This document shows, piece by piece, positions 1-13,700 of a DNA stretch of 64,000 nucleotides. Location: assembly GCF_963676685.1 (NCBI RefSeq), contig NC_092350.1:62062001-62126000 (forward strand), given 5' to 3'. Every line of letters starts with the position of its first letter. Within the stretch, counting starts at the first letter, position 1. Under the pieces are notes generated by a model. That model worked only from the letters and a program-made list of their open reading frames with translations. It was not told where the DNA came from and searched no databases. The DNA is from Mytilus edulis (Eukaryota). A program made the position numbers and the translations under genes.

Positions 1-779
1 TGTGAAAATTAGTATATAGTTATAGATAAATACATATTGTGTATTTGCAAAGTCTGGACAGAGCAGTAATAACACAAAATATACTATAGTCACCCGAGGC
101 GAATGCGAGGTTTAAAAAAAAATTGAGTGTAAAACAAAGTCAGTTTGGTGCATGAACATTTTTTTAGTAGGATAATCCTGGTAAAAAAGTTAACTCATTG
201 ATTTTTTAAGGGAAGGATGAAAAATTATACAATGCAATGCCAATTTTCTAATGTTGTAATTCAAATTCAGTCATGATCCTTATATAACTTTTAAAAGCGA
301 CACACAATAGCTCAAGTATTCATAAAATAGGGACATGAATCAATCTCTTAGTCATCATATGCGGATTCAGTACGCATATTAGCATTACAAGACACTTCCC
401 TTTTTTATAAGAACAAGTTCGGCGCAGGACAGAGTTTGTTCAAAGCAAACACAGTTTTTTTTAGTACAAATGCTATCTGGAGCGTAAATACCGTCATGAT
501 TTGGTCAAACTCGTCAGATATAGTCTTCCTTTTGCATAGGAAACACAAAAGAAATGTGAGTACAAAGTTTCGATCAATGTTCGTGACCCATATTCCCAGA
601 TGCATATGCATGATGTATCTGCACTGCCAGTCCCAAATGTAAAGGGGCGAATGTTGCTACAGAAACGATTGACTTTGTAATAGCCATACATTTACGAATT
701 TTTGTTATCTTTAGGGACAATATACAGTTCAGAAGCGCCTTTGTGTTATTTTTCATCGATTAACTATCAAATGAACTTT

Positions 780-897
780 TGAGCCTAGGCTCTGTGTTGA
801 AGACCGGACCGTGACCTATAATGGTTTACTTTTATAAATTGTGACTTGGATGGTGTGTTGTATCATTGGCACTCATACCACATCTTCCTATATCTAT
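780..897 (+). repeat. Interspersed repeat (gtgttgaag..gacctataatggtttacttt..cattggcactcataccacatctt)
   Basis: Related copies at about 5060-5180, 43530-43620, 43940-44070 and 58260-58390. Confidence 0.75.
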
Positions 898-1684
898 TAA
901 CAAGCTATGCGGGCATCATTTCCATCGAAATACAAAAACGAGGACATAGCTCATAAGACCACTGGTGGCAGGATGAAGTAATTGTTCTTCTTTTAATGTA
1001 TCCTTGATATTTTCAGACACACCTTGGTGTAATTCTGAAAATCTTAATATAGACTTCAATTTTACTGCAGCAGATATGGCATCCCCTAAATTGAGTTCTG
1101 AGCTAAACTCTATAATTCATATCCCTTGGCCCCACTGTGTCTGAATTGTAAGGTGTCACAATATCTAGTTAGTTCTGGAGTTTGGCAGTTTGGTAAGCAT
1201 CAGAGACAATCTTGGGTAAAATTGATCGGTATATATAGAGGATGTGCCACATGAGAAAGGCTTTTTCTTATGGAAAAACAAATCACATCACTAACAATCG
1301 TTATTAATGAACTGACAGCAAGTTCAAATTCTATTTTTTCAGTGACTGTTTTACTTAATTGCACAGGTGTTGACTTCAATAAGTACTTGGTTATGCATGG
1401 ATAAATGATTACTCACATTAATAAGCACAACTTAAAAGACTGTTAACACGTTTAGAGGACTCAGTTTTGCGTAGTTTTCTGGTTTTTTTTTAAAGGGTTT
1501 TCTTTTACACAAAAACCCTGTTTTCATATCCAAACTACAAGGAAGAAACTGAGCGCGAGATCGTATAAAAGTGTCAGGTTGTGAGGTTACATGTCGATCA
1601 GTTTGATCACATATATGGATTTCTGTTGTTTCTAATTAAAATTCCCCAGGGGTGACTGGGGAAACGAAATAGGGTCACTTGGTC

Positions 1685-2066
1685 TTCCCCCGACCGGCAG
1701 TAAAACGAAGTTGGGCGTCCGTTTGGCTGTGCGGGATGTATCAAGTTCGCAGTCACGTCCGGTCAGAATGGGGACGTTAAATCCGCTGCCTCGTGTAAAG
1801 GGAGTGGCACATTCTTTGCACGTTAAAAACCTTTGCATCAACTCTTTAAGGGGTCCGTAGGTGGCATGTTGCAATGGAAAATTTCTGTCCCAATCCAATA
1901 ACCCATCATTTTCCAGTGGCAGTCTAAATTTTCCCGATCATCATCCCGAATGGCCTCTATTATGACAAAACCTACCTATTGTTTTTATTGTTAGCTTGTT
2001 CTCGTCCTGAACATGCATGAAATATTTGCCACTGGACTTTAAGCAACCAACAATCAATCAATCAAT
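1685..2066 (+). mobile_element. SINE-like retroposon body with (CAAT)n tail
   Basis: GC-richer block ending ccactggactttaagcaaccaacaatcaatcaatcaat; the same tail recurs at about 35250-35303. Confidence 0.6.
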
Positions 2067-3276
2067 TTAATTTAAAGACGCACCAATTTTGCCTTCTGGT
2101 GCAAGTCTCATAACATCACTGATGATTCGCCCACGGAAAGCAGAATATCAAGAGAAGTTGGTTTTAGCATTACCTTGTCACACACCAAATCTCTGCGAAA
2201 CTTCAATAGTACTTTTCCCCCGACCACTTGCATTCATATTAATTGCTCTGAGGTTAAACATTGACATACAATGTATTTTCACACAATGTCAACTATAGTC
2301 AGTATCCGGAAAAACCTCTTATCCGAAGGATTTGGTTAACTTTTATATAAAGTCAAAATGTTATTAACAAAAATATAACTTATTTACAGAAAATACACGA
2401 AAGAACTACTATATATATTCAAATCACTCAAAAATAAATTAACTTCTCCTACAAAATCTACATAATCACATCGAAACTATCAAATTGATTGTGAATGAAA
2501 AAAATAAATGGTGGAGCTGATTGACGGATAGGAAATTTCCGTAATTAAAAAAGGTACAAATGATGTTTTATTTTTGAATTTTTGACAAAATTGTTTGGAA
2601 TTTGCCCAACAAAATTTGCATGCAGTATCGCAATAATATGTTGTGTCCTCTCAAATGTCAAATACTGTTTTAGAATCATATGTTTTCTCGTTTTCAAAGA
2701 AAAACGCGTTAAATTTCTATCTAAAAAACAGCCAACTTTTAGTTTCAAAGTTTTACTTGGAGATGGTATAATATTTATGTCTTCATCATTCCGATGATCG
2801 TTAATGATATGTGCATAGAAAATATTTACGAAAATAGCGGGAAATTTAACCAAAAAATATATTTTTGGATTTTAAGGTAACTACCCAAAACCGTAAATTG
2901 AGGGGTACCCCCATTAAAGGGATAAAATACAAAAATGTGACCATAGAAACTTTTTACGACCCGACGGAAATTAAAATATAGATATTATTCTATCATTTAA
3001 AACAATTTGCAGCCGTGTGTTATTCCGGACCATTAAACTCGTTAACTAAGCGTCTTTTTCGATATCAGTTGCAGTACTATTTGTCTGATCATTTATTGAG
3101 ACATTCATATAAAAAATTGACAAAGTCATTTATATTCACATCACATATCCAAATGTCAGTTACGTCATTTCAGGCACTTTGATACAGTAAAGGGAAATAA
3201 TTTTGATCTTGACAAGTTCAGTTTAATTCTCGTCACAAAAAGTGTTAAGCCATTGATAAAAAAACAAATGAAAAAA

Positions 3277-3438
3277 NNNNNNNNNNNNNNNNNNNNNNNN
3301 NNNNNNNNNNNNNNNNNNNNNNNNNNNNNNNNNNNNNNNNNNNNNNNNNNNNNNNNNNNNNNNNNNNNNNNNNNNNNNNNNNNNNNNNNNNNNNNNNNNN
3401 NNNNNNNNNNNNNNNNNNNNNNNNNNNNNNNNNNNNNN
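3277..3438. other. Assembly gap
   Basis: Run of N. Confidence 1.
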
Positions 3439-3480
3439 AACTTCATTTCACATCAAATAATAACAGTTCGTTAAAATATT

Positions 3481-3521
3481 GTCACTAGCGCTTTCATGCC
3501 TTCTGACAATCTTCAGGCGAC
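3481..3521 (-). ncRNA. Minimal type I hammerhead ribozyme of a Penelope-like element
   Basis: GUCGC-CUGAAGA-U-UGUC-AGAA-GGCA-U-GAAA-GCGC-UA^-GUGAC: core boxes, stem I, stem II and palindromic stem III (AGCGCU). Confidence 0.75.
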
Positions 3522-3605
3522 GTTTTAACAATGTCCTTGACGACACTGCCGTTGGTAACGTTTATTACGTTACAATAACGGTAAGGGGAGATAAATCAAA
3601 CGTGT

Positions 3606-3815
3606 TTACGTAGATCCGTTTAATTTTGGCTGAAAGTCATTTATAAAGTGTGCTTCCTTTGCCAGTCTTTTATATTTGTTCGATTCGTTCATTTTATAGA
3701 ACGGATATACGGTAAATTTTCCACTACTGCACGTTTCGAAATGTTCGCTCACATCTTGCATTCGTGTGGATGGATCTCGTATCTGCTGTCTGTGAACACG
3801 AATGCAAGATGTGAG
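3606..3815 (-). mobile_element. Penelope-like retroelement 3' fragment, C-terminal GIY-YIG endonuclease
   Basis: IRVHRQQIRDP...VSEHFETC...FTVYPFYKM....RLAKEAHFINDFQPKLN resembles the R..H..I / H F / R...E..FI..F.P.LN pattern of PLE GIY-YIG domains. Confidence 0.75.
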
Positions 3816-5989
3816 CGAACAAGAAAATTCAGACTTTTTTTTTACTTGTATTTTATAAATTTCTGTAATGAACACCAATAACCACCTTTCCCCTATTAGA
3901 AATAACAAAAATTATCTGACAATGAAACCATGATATTGTTTTCTTATTCAAAAATGGCTATAGGACTTGTAGATCTTAAGTGAAAACAAATTAATTTAAA
4001 TGATTGATTCGTTTTTAATCATTTCCTAGATTCTGATGACTTCAACCATTCGGATTTGGACGAAGCAGCACAAAATGTGTGTATATCTTTAAGATATTTA
4101 AAAAAGAAAACAATTTTTTCGAAAGAAAATTAAAATAGAGGCAGGCTATACCGATTAGACGGTCAGACTCAAAAGTCAAGAACAAACTGACAAAACAATG
4201 GCACAAACATAGAACGACCAAATGAGACAATAAACACTACAACGAAGACAAATACCGAGTGATATTTCTCTGCATTTTGTTTCAATTAAAAGGTTCTAAA
4301 GTCAAATTATTCATGTAATTGTTATCCATTAGTTCTTACTTCATGATGAAATAAACGCTCGAAATAGATCCTGTATGATTTGTAATGTATCACACAATGT
4401 TTCAAATTACTCATACCAACTGCAGTATCGTGTTTCACTGAATATCTGAATTACTCGATTGGTTTGGTTTGCCCGTATAGTAGAAAAATATATGTGTTAT
4501 AAATTACCAAAATGCAAGACGTTTTGATTCAACATTCACGTTTAATTTTGATGAAGATAATTGTTGCTGGTTTTTTTTAGATGATGCTTTATTTTGGGAT
4601 TTTTCTCTTTTTCTACCATAATTATGATCCAGTTGTACAAGCTGTTCACTATTTTAATCCATGCATCTTTTTTGACCTTATATATAGCTTGACCTTATAT
4701 ATAGCACACAAAAAAAATGAATCATATGCTCTTTTCATGTCGGTTGCGATATGACACAGTCTCTTTTTAACATTGCAATATAGCAAAAAAGAAAGGTTTA
4801 AACCTAATTATATAAAAAGTTCGTTCCTATGTTACACTGTTACACCACTGTCCCAGATATAGCGAAGGGTTGGGATACCGCTTATATGTTTAACACCGCC
4901 ACATTTTGTATATTAGTGTCTGTGCCTAGTCAGGAGCCTGTAATTAAGTGGTTGCTGTTTGTTGGTGCGTTACATATTTGTTTTTCGTTCATTTTTGTAC
5001 ATAAATAATCCCGTAAGTTTTCACACTTAAACTGTTTTACATTTGTCCCTTGGGGGCCTTTTCTAGCTGATTATGCGATAAAGATATGCTCATTGTTGAA
5101 GGCCGTACGGTGACAATTTCTGTGTCACCTGGTCCCTTGTGGAGAGTTGACTCATTGGCAATCACACCAAATCTTTTGTCATTTTTATGACATGTTTCTA
5201 CTGTTGCACATCAACTTTTTACTGAAACACGTATTTGTAACAAAAGATAAGAACTATCATTTGATGTACAGGTAAAGGAAATCAAAACATTCGAATTTAA
5301 ACGTTCATTTAAATATGTTATTTTTTTTTCATTTGCGGGTTTGAAAATTACCGCATATTAAAACCGATAAGTATATGTTTTTAGATAAAGTTATATTTCA
5401 ATGAGAATAATATTAACAATTTCACAATTATTTTCTTTTTCAGAAAAAAAATGTTATAAATGACTAGCTGGAATGTATATGCGAAAATATGTGTTTCGTT
5501 TGAACATTACTATGTTTAATGTACAAAAGACATCTTAACCGAAAACATCCGCAATCGTAATGTCTACCACAATGGACATTTAATAGTGTCCATCCTGTTT
5601 GGTGGCGAATTATCAGATTAATACAGATAAATTGTAAGAAAAAATAATTACTTAAAAGCTAAACAAATGCCATTTATATATTCCATCTCTAAAGGGGTAG
5701 TGAAAAACAATATGTTATATATTTCTTTTCTCCATTGTTTTAATTTTCTAGAAGAACAAACCTAAGAGCAGATAACATTCAGTTGCAACATCTGTTTTTC
5801 TTATTTGCATATGAAGTGGCTCTGCAATTACTCATCCTGTAAATGTATTGTTGTTCTATAATAATGTTTGTATTGTTATATTTTGGCTTTGCTAACATGC
5901 TTTGTCTATATGCCTTCTGATGTGCCTTTGATTATGTGGTTCTTTAACTATTCATCCCGTCATTGTGTAAGTGTGCCAGAGTTGGTTCA

Positions 5990-6330
5990 CATATTTGTTT
6001 GTTTTATTATAATTAAGATAATAACACAATGTTGACTGATGTACCTGTATATATTTTGTTTACATTTGTCCTAATATATCTGTTTGTTTTGTTCACAGAT
6101 CGTTGTCAAAATAGCTCTGCGATTGTCCTGCAAGTGAGAGTTTAGCGAACTATAAAACAAGGTTTAATCTATCATTGTTTACTTAAGAAAATGACAGTGC
6201 CATGTCAGGAATATAACTGTTGTTATCTATTCGTTCAATGTGTTTATCTTTTGATTTTGACATTTGATTAGGGTCTTTCTGCTTTGACTTGTTCTCGGAG
6301 GTCAGCATTTTTGTGATTTTACTTTTTACC
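5990..6330 (+). repeat. Interspersed repeat (gtcaggaatat..gttgttatc..ttttgtgattttactttt)
   Basis: Inverted copy at about 34150-34520; fragments at 13700-13830, 14045-14175, 43620-43760 and 44085-44400. Confidence 0.65.
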
Positions 6331-7449
6331 AACACAATCATTAAAAGGTACTACATGATTGACACATTTATTGATACGTACATATTTATGTGATTAAATA
6401 GCTCATCAATATGACTATAGTGACACTGAATTGGAAAACAAACTGGAAATAAATATCTAAAAAATGTTCAACACAGATTTTTTAGATTTTTTTTATTAAA
6501 TTACAATTGAGGCATTATCATGATGAGGCATTTTTTCTTCAAAAATTTTAAGGTCATTCATTTATTATTAATTATAGAGGTTTGTACTTACAAATAGTAA
6601 ACAAATATACCTTTTAGAAGAACTATTTTATTCTTTTTGTAAATCTAACTTGACAAGCAATATGAAAAGTGACACTATTTTTTTAATTTTAAACATTGTA
6701 ATGTGAAGGATAAAAAAAATTTCTACATGTTTGTGGGCGGTCAACCCTTCATTAACCTAAAATGCAATTACATGACACAATATCAAACTTGGTATCAATA
6801 TGCTTAAATTACAAGATCGTTTCAAGACAAAATAGCATCTAAAACACAAACAATACACAAACAACACCAAAATAAGAGAACATTAGTGAAAACAAATTTA
6901 AAGTCAATTGAATCTTACAGATAGATCATAATCTTCTTGACATTTGTATCAATCATCACATGTCAATAGGATTTAGTGTAATGAGGTCATAAACACTAAT
7001 TTTTTAAATAAAATATATATAAATACTCACTAAATAACATATAAGATTAAACATATTTACTTTCCTTATCTCTCATTAGCAGAAATGAAAATGTTATCAA
7101 TTATTGTAACTATTCTCAAAAATTCTGTATAAAGTAAATGAATCACAATTTGATAATACTATGTTTTAAGATTAGGTTACCACGAAGAATAATGTTCGAT
7201 TATTTTTGCACTGAGTGTTAATCCTACTGTTTGCAAATCTAGACTTAAGAATTCAATGAGCACAAAAACGCGATTTAAAAAAAAAAACAAAAAAAACATG
7301 TGCTTATTAGTCATGTCAATCCGCCATGCCGCACTTAGTTTAATTGGATATGTATAAATAAATATAGCCAGATGACACCAATTCACTTTAGTACTGTACG
7401 TTTTAGACATTTTTGTGTATTAGTGGGTTTTTTCAGGCTTATTTTACAT

Positions 7450-7703
7450 TCATTTCATCAAATAAACTTTGAATTCCTGTACGTCCTGAACCCCGTCACA
7501 CATAACGGTGTAGTTGTTATGCAAACTGCACTGTCCTGTTGCTGTGGAAATCACAAACAGTTTACAGTTGTCAGATATGTAGCAATACCGTGCACATTCA
7601 ACTTTACTTCTTGATGTCAGGACTTGGTTAGACGGTGATGTAAGTATCGTCCTATTTGAGATTAACTGATACTGCAATTTTTCCTCTTTATATGGTAGAT
7701 ATC
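7450..7703 (-). CDS. Copy 1 terminal exon, PAN/apple-like domain
   Basis: tttacag acceptor, phase 1; SKVECARYC...C..F......C.L pattern; lies within ORF 7450..7716. Confidence 0.85.
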
Positions 7704-10700
7704 CTGTAAAAAACATTTACAAAAACAGATTTTATTTAGATTGCTATTTAACGTGTTTGTTTGATAACCATCAATCATAAATCAACTGATATAAATCGAA
7801 AACCTGACAGCCACTTATTGTAATTATAACTATTTCCCATTGAAGATTAAGCTGAATGTGATTATGTAAATAGTAAAAGGCTAAGGTCCAACTTTGAATC
7901 AATACAAAATACTGCAAATATTCTAGTTCAACTTTCACGATAAAATTAATGCAAATCGTACTAAGTATTGATATATTATTTATTTCTGAATAGCAGGACC
8001 CATTCAACTCATTGCTGCCTCTAATTTCGCCCTTCTCTAGAAGTTACTTTGAAACCATTGATGTTGTGTTTGTGCTTTGATTTATATGTTTCCAATGGAT
8101 ATATATGCTTTTCAAAATAGAGGCGAAAGATACAGAAAGTTCATTCAAAACTCATAAGTAAAAAAAAAGTTACAACGACATAGATAGATAAAATATAAAG
8201 ACAACAAACATATAATAGTACACGAAGAGTTCAAATTGGTCCAAATTTTTCGGTGTTTTTGAAATCTTGAAATTATTTACAAATTTCGCATATATATTCT
8301 TGTGATTATACTATCAAGACAAAATAGATATTTTTTGACACCTTCCTTTAAATCTTACGAAGTTATGACCAGTTACATAAGCGTTATTGCATTTAAAGGT
8401 TAATTTTGTTTTAAAAAAAATCCATTATTTTAATTGTCTTTTGGCATAATTAACCATGGCCGCTATCCACGATCCAATGGTTTTTATATTAATGAATTCC
8501 TTTTTAAAATTGGAATCTTTTGGTTACAAACAATTTTGGATCGTAGGTGGCGGCCAAGGATTGCCCAGTGCTTTTACGTCTGAAAATTGCACACAATCTT
8601 TATATTTTGACAAAATGTCCAAAATGAACTTACTTTGGAGAATATTTTGTACTCTTATGAAAAGAACTGATTTATTTCGCATGAAGGCTTTTGCAATAAA
8701 CTCATTTACAAATCAAATTGTGACCTTTTTGATATATTATGATTAAGTTGATATTTTTGGCCATTTTGTGACATATGTGAACCTTGTCCAACATAGAAAA
8801 ACTAAAAACTGTGCAACAGAAACCACAATCAAAATCCCAGATACCCAAAATGTAAGGTTAGAAGTTCATGTTTCACATGTGGCATCTGTCGTCTTGCATT
8901 AAAGTTTGATAAATCGAATGTGTAAGGTTATAATTAACGTTTGCAATCCTTCATATTTCTATCTATTAAACTTGTTGACAAATAAACGGTTTGTAGTAGA
9001 ATTAATGTTAAAGGCATATATTCCATTATATTATTACCAACTGAAATAGAGAAAAAAAAACATTGGAATAAAAAATAACACTTGAATTTGAATCCGACTC
9101 AATATACGAGGACAGAACGTGAACAAAAACAGATACAGAACTTTGATTGAGATATGGATTTTATCTTACCTAGAGTAGCCACATCACAAATGGGTTTTAT
9201 GTTGGTTTTTTTCTGACAATATGGTTTAGAAAGCAATGCTCTTTTAAAAAAAGCTTTGTAAGAAATAAAAACTAACAACGATGATAATTCTATCTAGAAG
9301 CACATCCAAGTTTCATGTACAATTAGATTGTCATTTCTTTCTTTTCTAAAAAGTTATTAACACCAAAAAAAGATTCAATTGGACCAAAACAAAATATTGT
9401 CCTTTTTCTGATAGAACTTACAACATGTGGATTCATTTTTTTTTCGTGGGTACCAATTTTCGTGGATTAAGTGCAACTTACTTGTTCTTGGATATTTATT
9501 TTTGTGGTTTGGTCCAATTCTTCATACAGTCCTATAGAACATTTGTTTACTGTTAAACAGTTAATTGCTTTGTTCAACTATACCAACAAAATTAACTAAA
9601 ATTGGTATCCATCGAATTATAATGAATCGTTTGACCGTGAAATGAGAAATACGAAATATTTAATGATGATTTTCAAAAAAAAAAAAAAAAAAGAAATTAC
9701 ACACGTTGACGATTCAAATCCCTTACCTGTTTTATACACAGACATCCTCCAAAATCCCCCACACATCTGACCAGAATCGCCATAACACTCCATATCACAA
9801 TCATAATCCTGTACGTATTTATCAGGACAGTGTTGATAAGGGTCATCTCCACAATAGCATTCGAAACCATACTAAAAATTATTAACTATGTTAATTCGGT
9901 TAAGGTCAATAGTATGTACATTTGAATTCAACAAGACTGTTCATGACTGACGACGATTTGAACTGTCAAAATATGGTTCCAGATTAGTGTTTACTAGTGA
10001 ACTGGTTACCACATAAATAAAAAAAAATCAATCTTTTGATGGATATATAATTGATATTTTAAGAATCAACTCATCATACCTCTTCAAACCATATTTATTT
10101 ATTCTAACATAAAATCATAAATGTGTCGTGGTGAACAAGTCGGTGCCGCAGCCCACCACTCCATTTATATTCACAAAAATATACAGTTTTTGTTGTATTT
10201 CTCATAATGTTAATTTTATTCAAAAATATAGTTTTATAATCTTTACGTATTCTGATTGAACTCAGAATTAGCTTTGATAATGACTACAATGATATTGATG
10301 GGATGAAGGTGAGTTTGCAATGGTGTTTTTTTTTTGTATTCTATTATCGTCTTTTGCAGATAATATAAGCTACATAGTGTGCTTGTAACCTAATACGGTA
10401 TATATGGGGTCAGTAAATTTCATATTACTGACTCCATATTTACCGTATTACCTCACTAGCACACTGTGTAACGAATTTATCTTACCGACTATCTTAACAT
10501 GTGAAATACAGACTAGTGGCATATCATAATGAGCAAGACTTCGATACTGTTAGTATTAAGAAACTAGCTACTTGTTTTATGAATTTATTCCATCTTAATC
10601 ATCAAATTCTACGTCTGTTGAAACGGCCTTTACGATTTTTTCTCAGTACCTTTTTGCTTTTATAAAGGGAAGAAACACCAATACTAACTGTGTATGAAAT

Positions 10701-13700
10701 AATCCCCGCCTCCCTACTAACCTAATACCAAATAAACACGGTCTCCACCAGGACGCGTTTAACCCGTCATATTCCCAGAAATGTATAGGAGGTAAGATAA
10801 AGCTGAATATCTCCCCATTGACATGCACGTTTACCTCATATTCGTGAAGGGGTTGTTTACTTGATATATCCAACGTGTAAGGTAAAAGTCTGGACACTAA
10901 ATCATCGCTGTATTAAATACCGATACATTCTGGTTCCCCTGTGCCTTTATCAGCGTTACCTCTTTATAAGGTCTCATGTGTTTGAAGAATTTTGTTTATA
11001 TAATTTAGTCAACATGTAACTTGTGTCGTACTTTATCTTCAAAAAGATGACAATAATTTTGTAACAAAAATCAGATTTCATCGAAGTGCCACTTATCTAT
11101 GTGCTAATTGGTTCAATTGTCAGAAGACAAACAATAACCCACGAATGTGCGACGTACTTCACTATACGATGATGTAAACGGGATATTTGCAATACAGTTA
11201 ATAGTTAATATTAATAGACTACTAATAGTTGATATTAACCCACTTTCAAAATGTTATGCTTTAACTCATAAAATGTAAAATCATTTTCGTACATAGACTG
11301 TTGCAAACAAAAAGGAAGAACTAATTTCGGAAGCAACTGTATATAGATGGTTTCATGACAGCGCAAATATAACCTTTGTGGGTTTTTTTTTTTATTTCTG
11401 TTGACATGTGTTTTGAATAATAGTTATCAATGTACCAGGCTTATAATTTCATACGCAAGACGCACGTGTCGTCTACATAAGACTCATTAGTGACGTTCTG
11501 ATCAAAATATTTAAACAGCCTAACAAGTACATAGTTGAAGAGCATTGATGACCCAACATTTCCAAAACGGTTGTGCAAATACGGCTACGGTTATATATGC
11601 CTGGGATAAGAAAATTAGTATTTGGAGTATTTGGAGTACTCTTGCAAACAGAAAATCTATCAAAATGACCATATATTAATTGAACGTAAACATTATTTTT
11701 GTAAGTCTTTCATAATAAAATAAATTTAACTATTTTGTTTGGCATATTGTTAGAAAACTATTTTAATTAAGTGAGAGCCTGGAAATAATAAGTTTCTTCC
11801 GGAATTGAAGTACTTTTCTCAGATGTCTTTTTCCTTCAATCAAAATATTGTCTAATTACGTGTGTAATATGTTAAATTATCTTTGCATTACTACACCAAT
11901 ACCTGTGTTCCAGAGTACATATATCCCTTTTCTTTACAGTAAAGCAAGCACATATTGTTTTCTGTATCTGGATGATATCTGCTCAACAAGTATTGATGTG
12001 GAAACAGTCTTTGAGATACTGTATCAATAAAACATCCAACATACGCATTGTTATCTGTGAAAAAGACATTTAAGTTACTGCATACGTTTAACACGAAGAT
12101 ATTGGTAATTACTGAATGACTAGATACATACATTTACAATGGTTACCTTCCCTTGAGGTTAAATACTGAGGAAACATAATTTACTTAAGGATGTTTACTC
12201 CTTTTTTGTATGCCAGCTTTTCTGAATCCTCTGGTTTTATCCATATACAAATGTAGTACCATTAAAAAGAAATTGCCCACTGACTTTTCTTGTCATAATT
12301 TGATTACATATAGGTTAAAAGGTCTTCTGTGAAAATGTTATCAAATCCTTGTTATTATTTCATCTTTTTAAAAGGTAAAGTGTATGAAAAATCTAGAGAG
12401 AATTGTTTCCCGCCAAATTTTCATAGGCATATACCTTGAAAACAAGCACATCGACCCTATCTTTTTTATGCTTTTTTAGTTTCTTTATTTCCAAACAATC
12501 AATTTATAACAGTCTCTATCAAAGCTTGTTATTTTGAAACAGAGTAGCGAACATCCTTAAGAAGATTAAATGTACTCTAAAATATGAGTATCGAAAATTT
12601 GCATTATATGTACAATACGTTTAATTCTCCCTCCTAGTTCCTAGTGAACTTATCTTGCTGATGATTGCTGGATGAAAGATAACAAATAAAACTAGTATCA
12701 TATATTATCAAAATACGTGAAATATATCAAAAGGAACTCACCAATTACCTGTACTTGACTCTGAAAAATAAACAAAATTAATACTTCTTTATATTTTGTC
12801 TATATTGGATATGCATATGTGAAAATGCTAAGGAAGCTAGTTTTCGTTTAAGACAAGATAACATATAAAGCGAGAACAAGCTAAACCTTACGTAGTAATC
12901 TTAGATACATGGATGTCCAGCTTTATGTTCAGTTCAAAACATGATATACTGGTAATTATTGGAATTGTTCTTCTGAATCAGCATATACATGTATGAGGCC
13001 CCTCATGGGGGGTCCTAGTAATCACATAATCACATAATCATTAAATATTTGCTTATCTTTAGTAATCAAATAATCATAAACTAAAAATACAGTCCTAGGT
13101 AATCAAATAATCATGAAATATTTGGCTTAATAATCAAATAATCATTAAAAAAACGGCCAAGTAATCACATAATCAATAACCCCATGAGGGCCCTCATGTA
13201 TACATGGTATAAATCGTAAACTATACTATTCCTCTCATATCGTACACTCAGTTCTTTGGTTTATCTGTTTGGTGACACTAAAAGGTGATTAGCAATCATT
13301 AATAATAATTATATCGGCAATTATCCTTGTATTACACACATCTTCAAATTGACCGTCCGTATTCAAATTGAAACGTAAGCTTCGCCCAATCAATCTCAAT
13401 ACATATACACAAGAAGAAGAAGATGAAGATAATATATAAAGAACTTAAATTTTTCCAACTGATAGGTACAACAGTTATTATAAACAGATAAATTGAAATG
13501 GGTTACTTGTCGATTAATTGAAAGAAACCGGGGAACGCAACATAGAAAACGCAACTCAAATTTTAAATTCTACGAATTAGGCTTGTGATAACGGACCAGG
13601 TTTATGCCATCAGCATATCTCTTAACTGAAAGGGCATGCGCAGTAGTAGCCGTGTGTATTTAGTAAAGTCAATTCATTTCTAATTGTAGACAAAACACCA

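Noticed and set aside
380-1330. Possible decayed coding sequence on the minus strand
   Set aside because: No motif I can assign; multiple stops and frameshifts
2113-2152. CTGATGA...GAAA motif
   Set aside because: Stem II is only about 2 bp and there is no stem I complement
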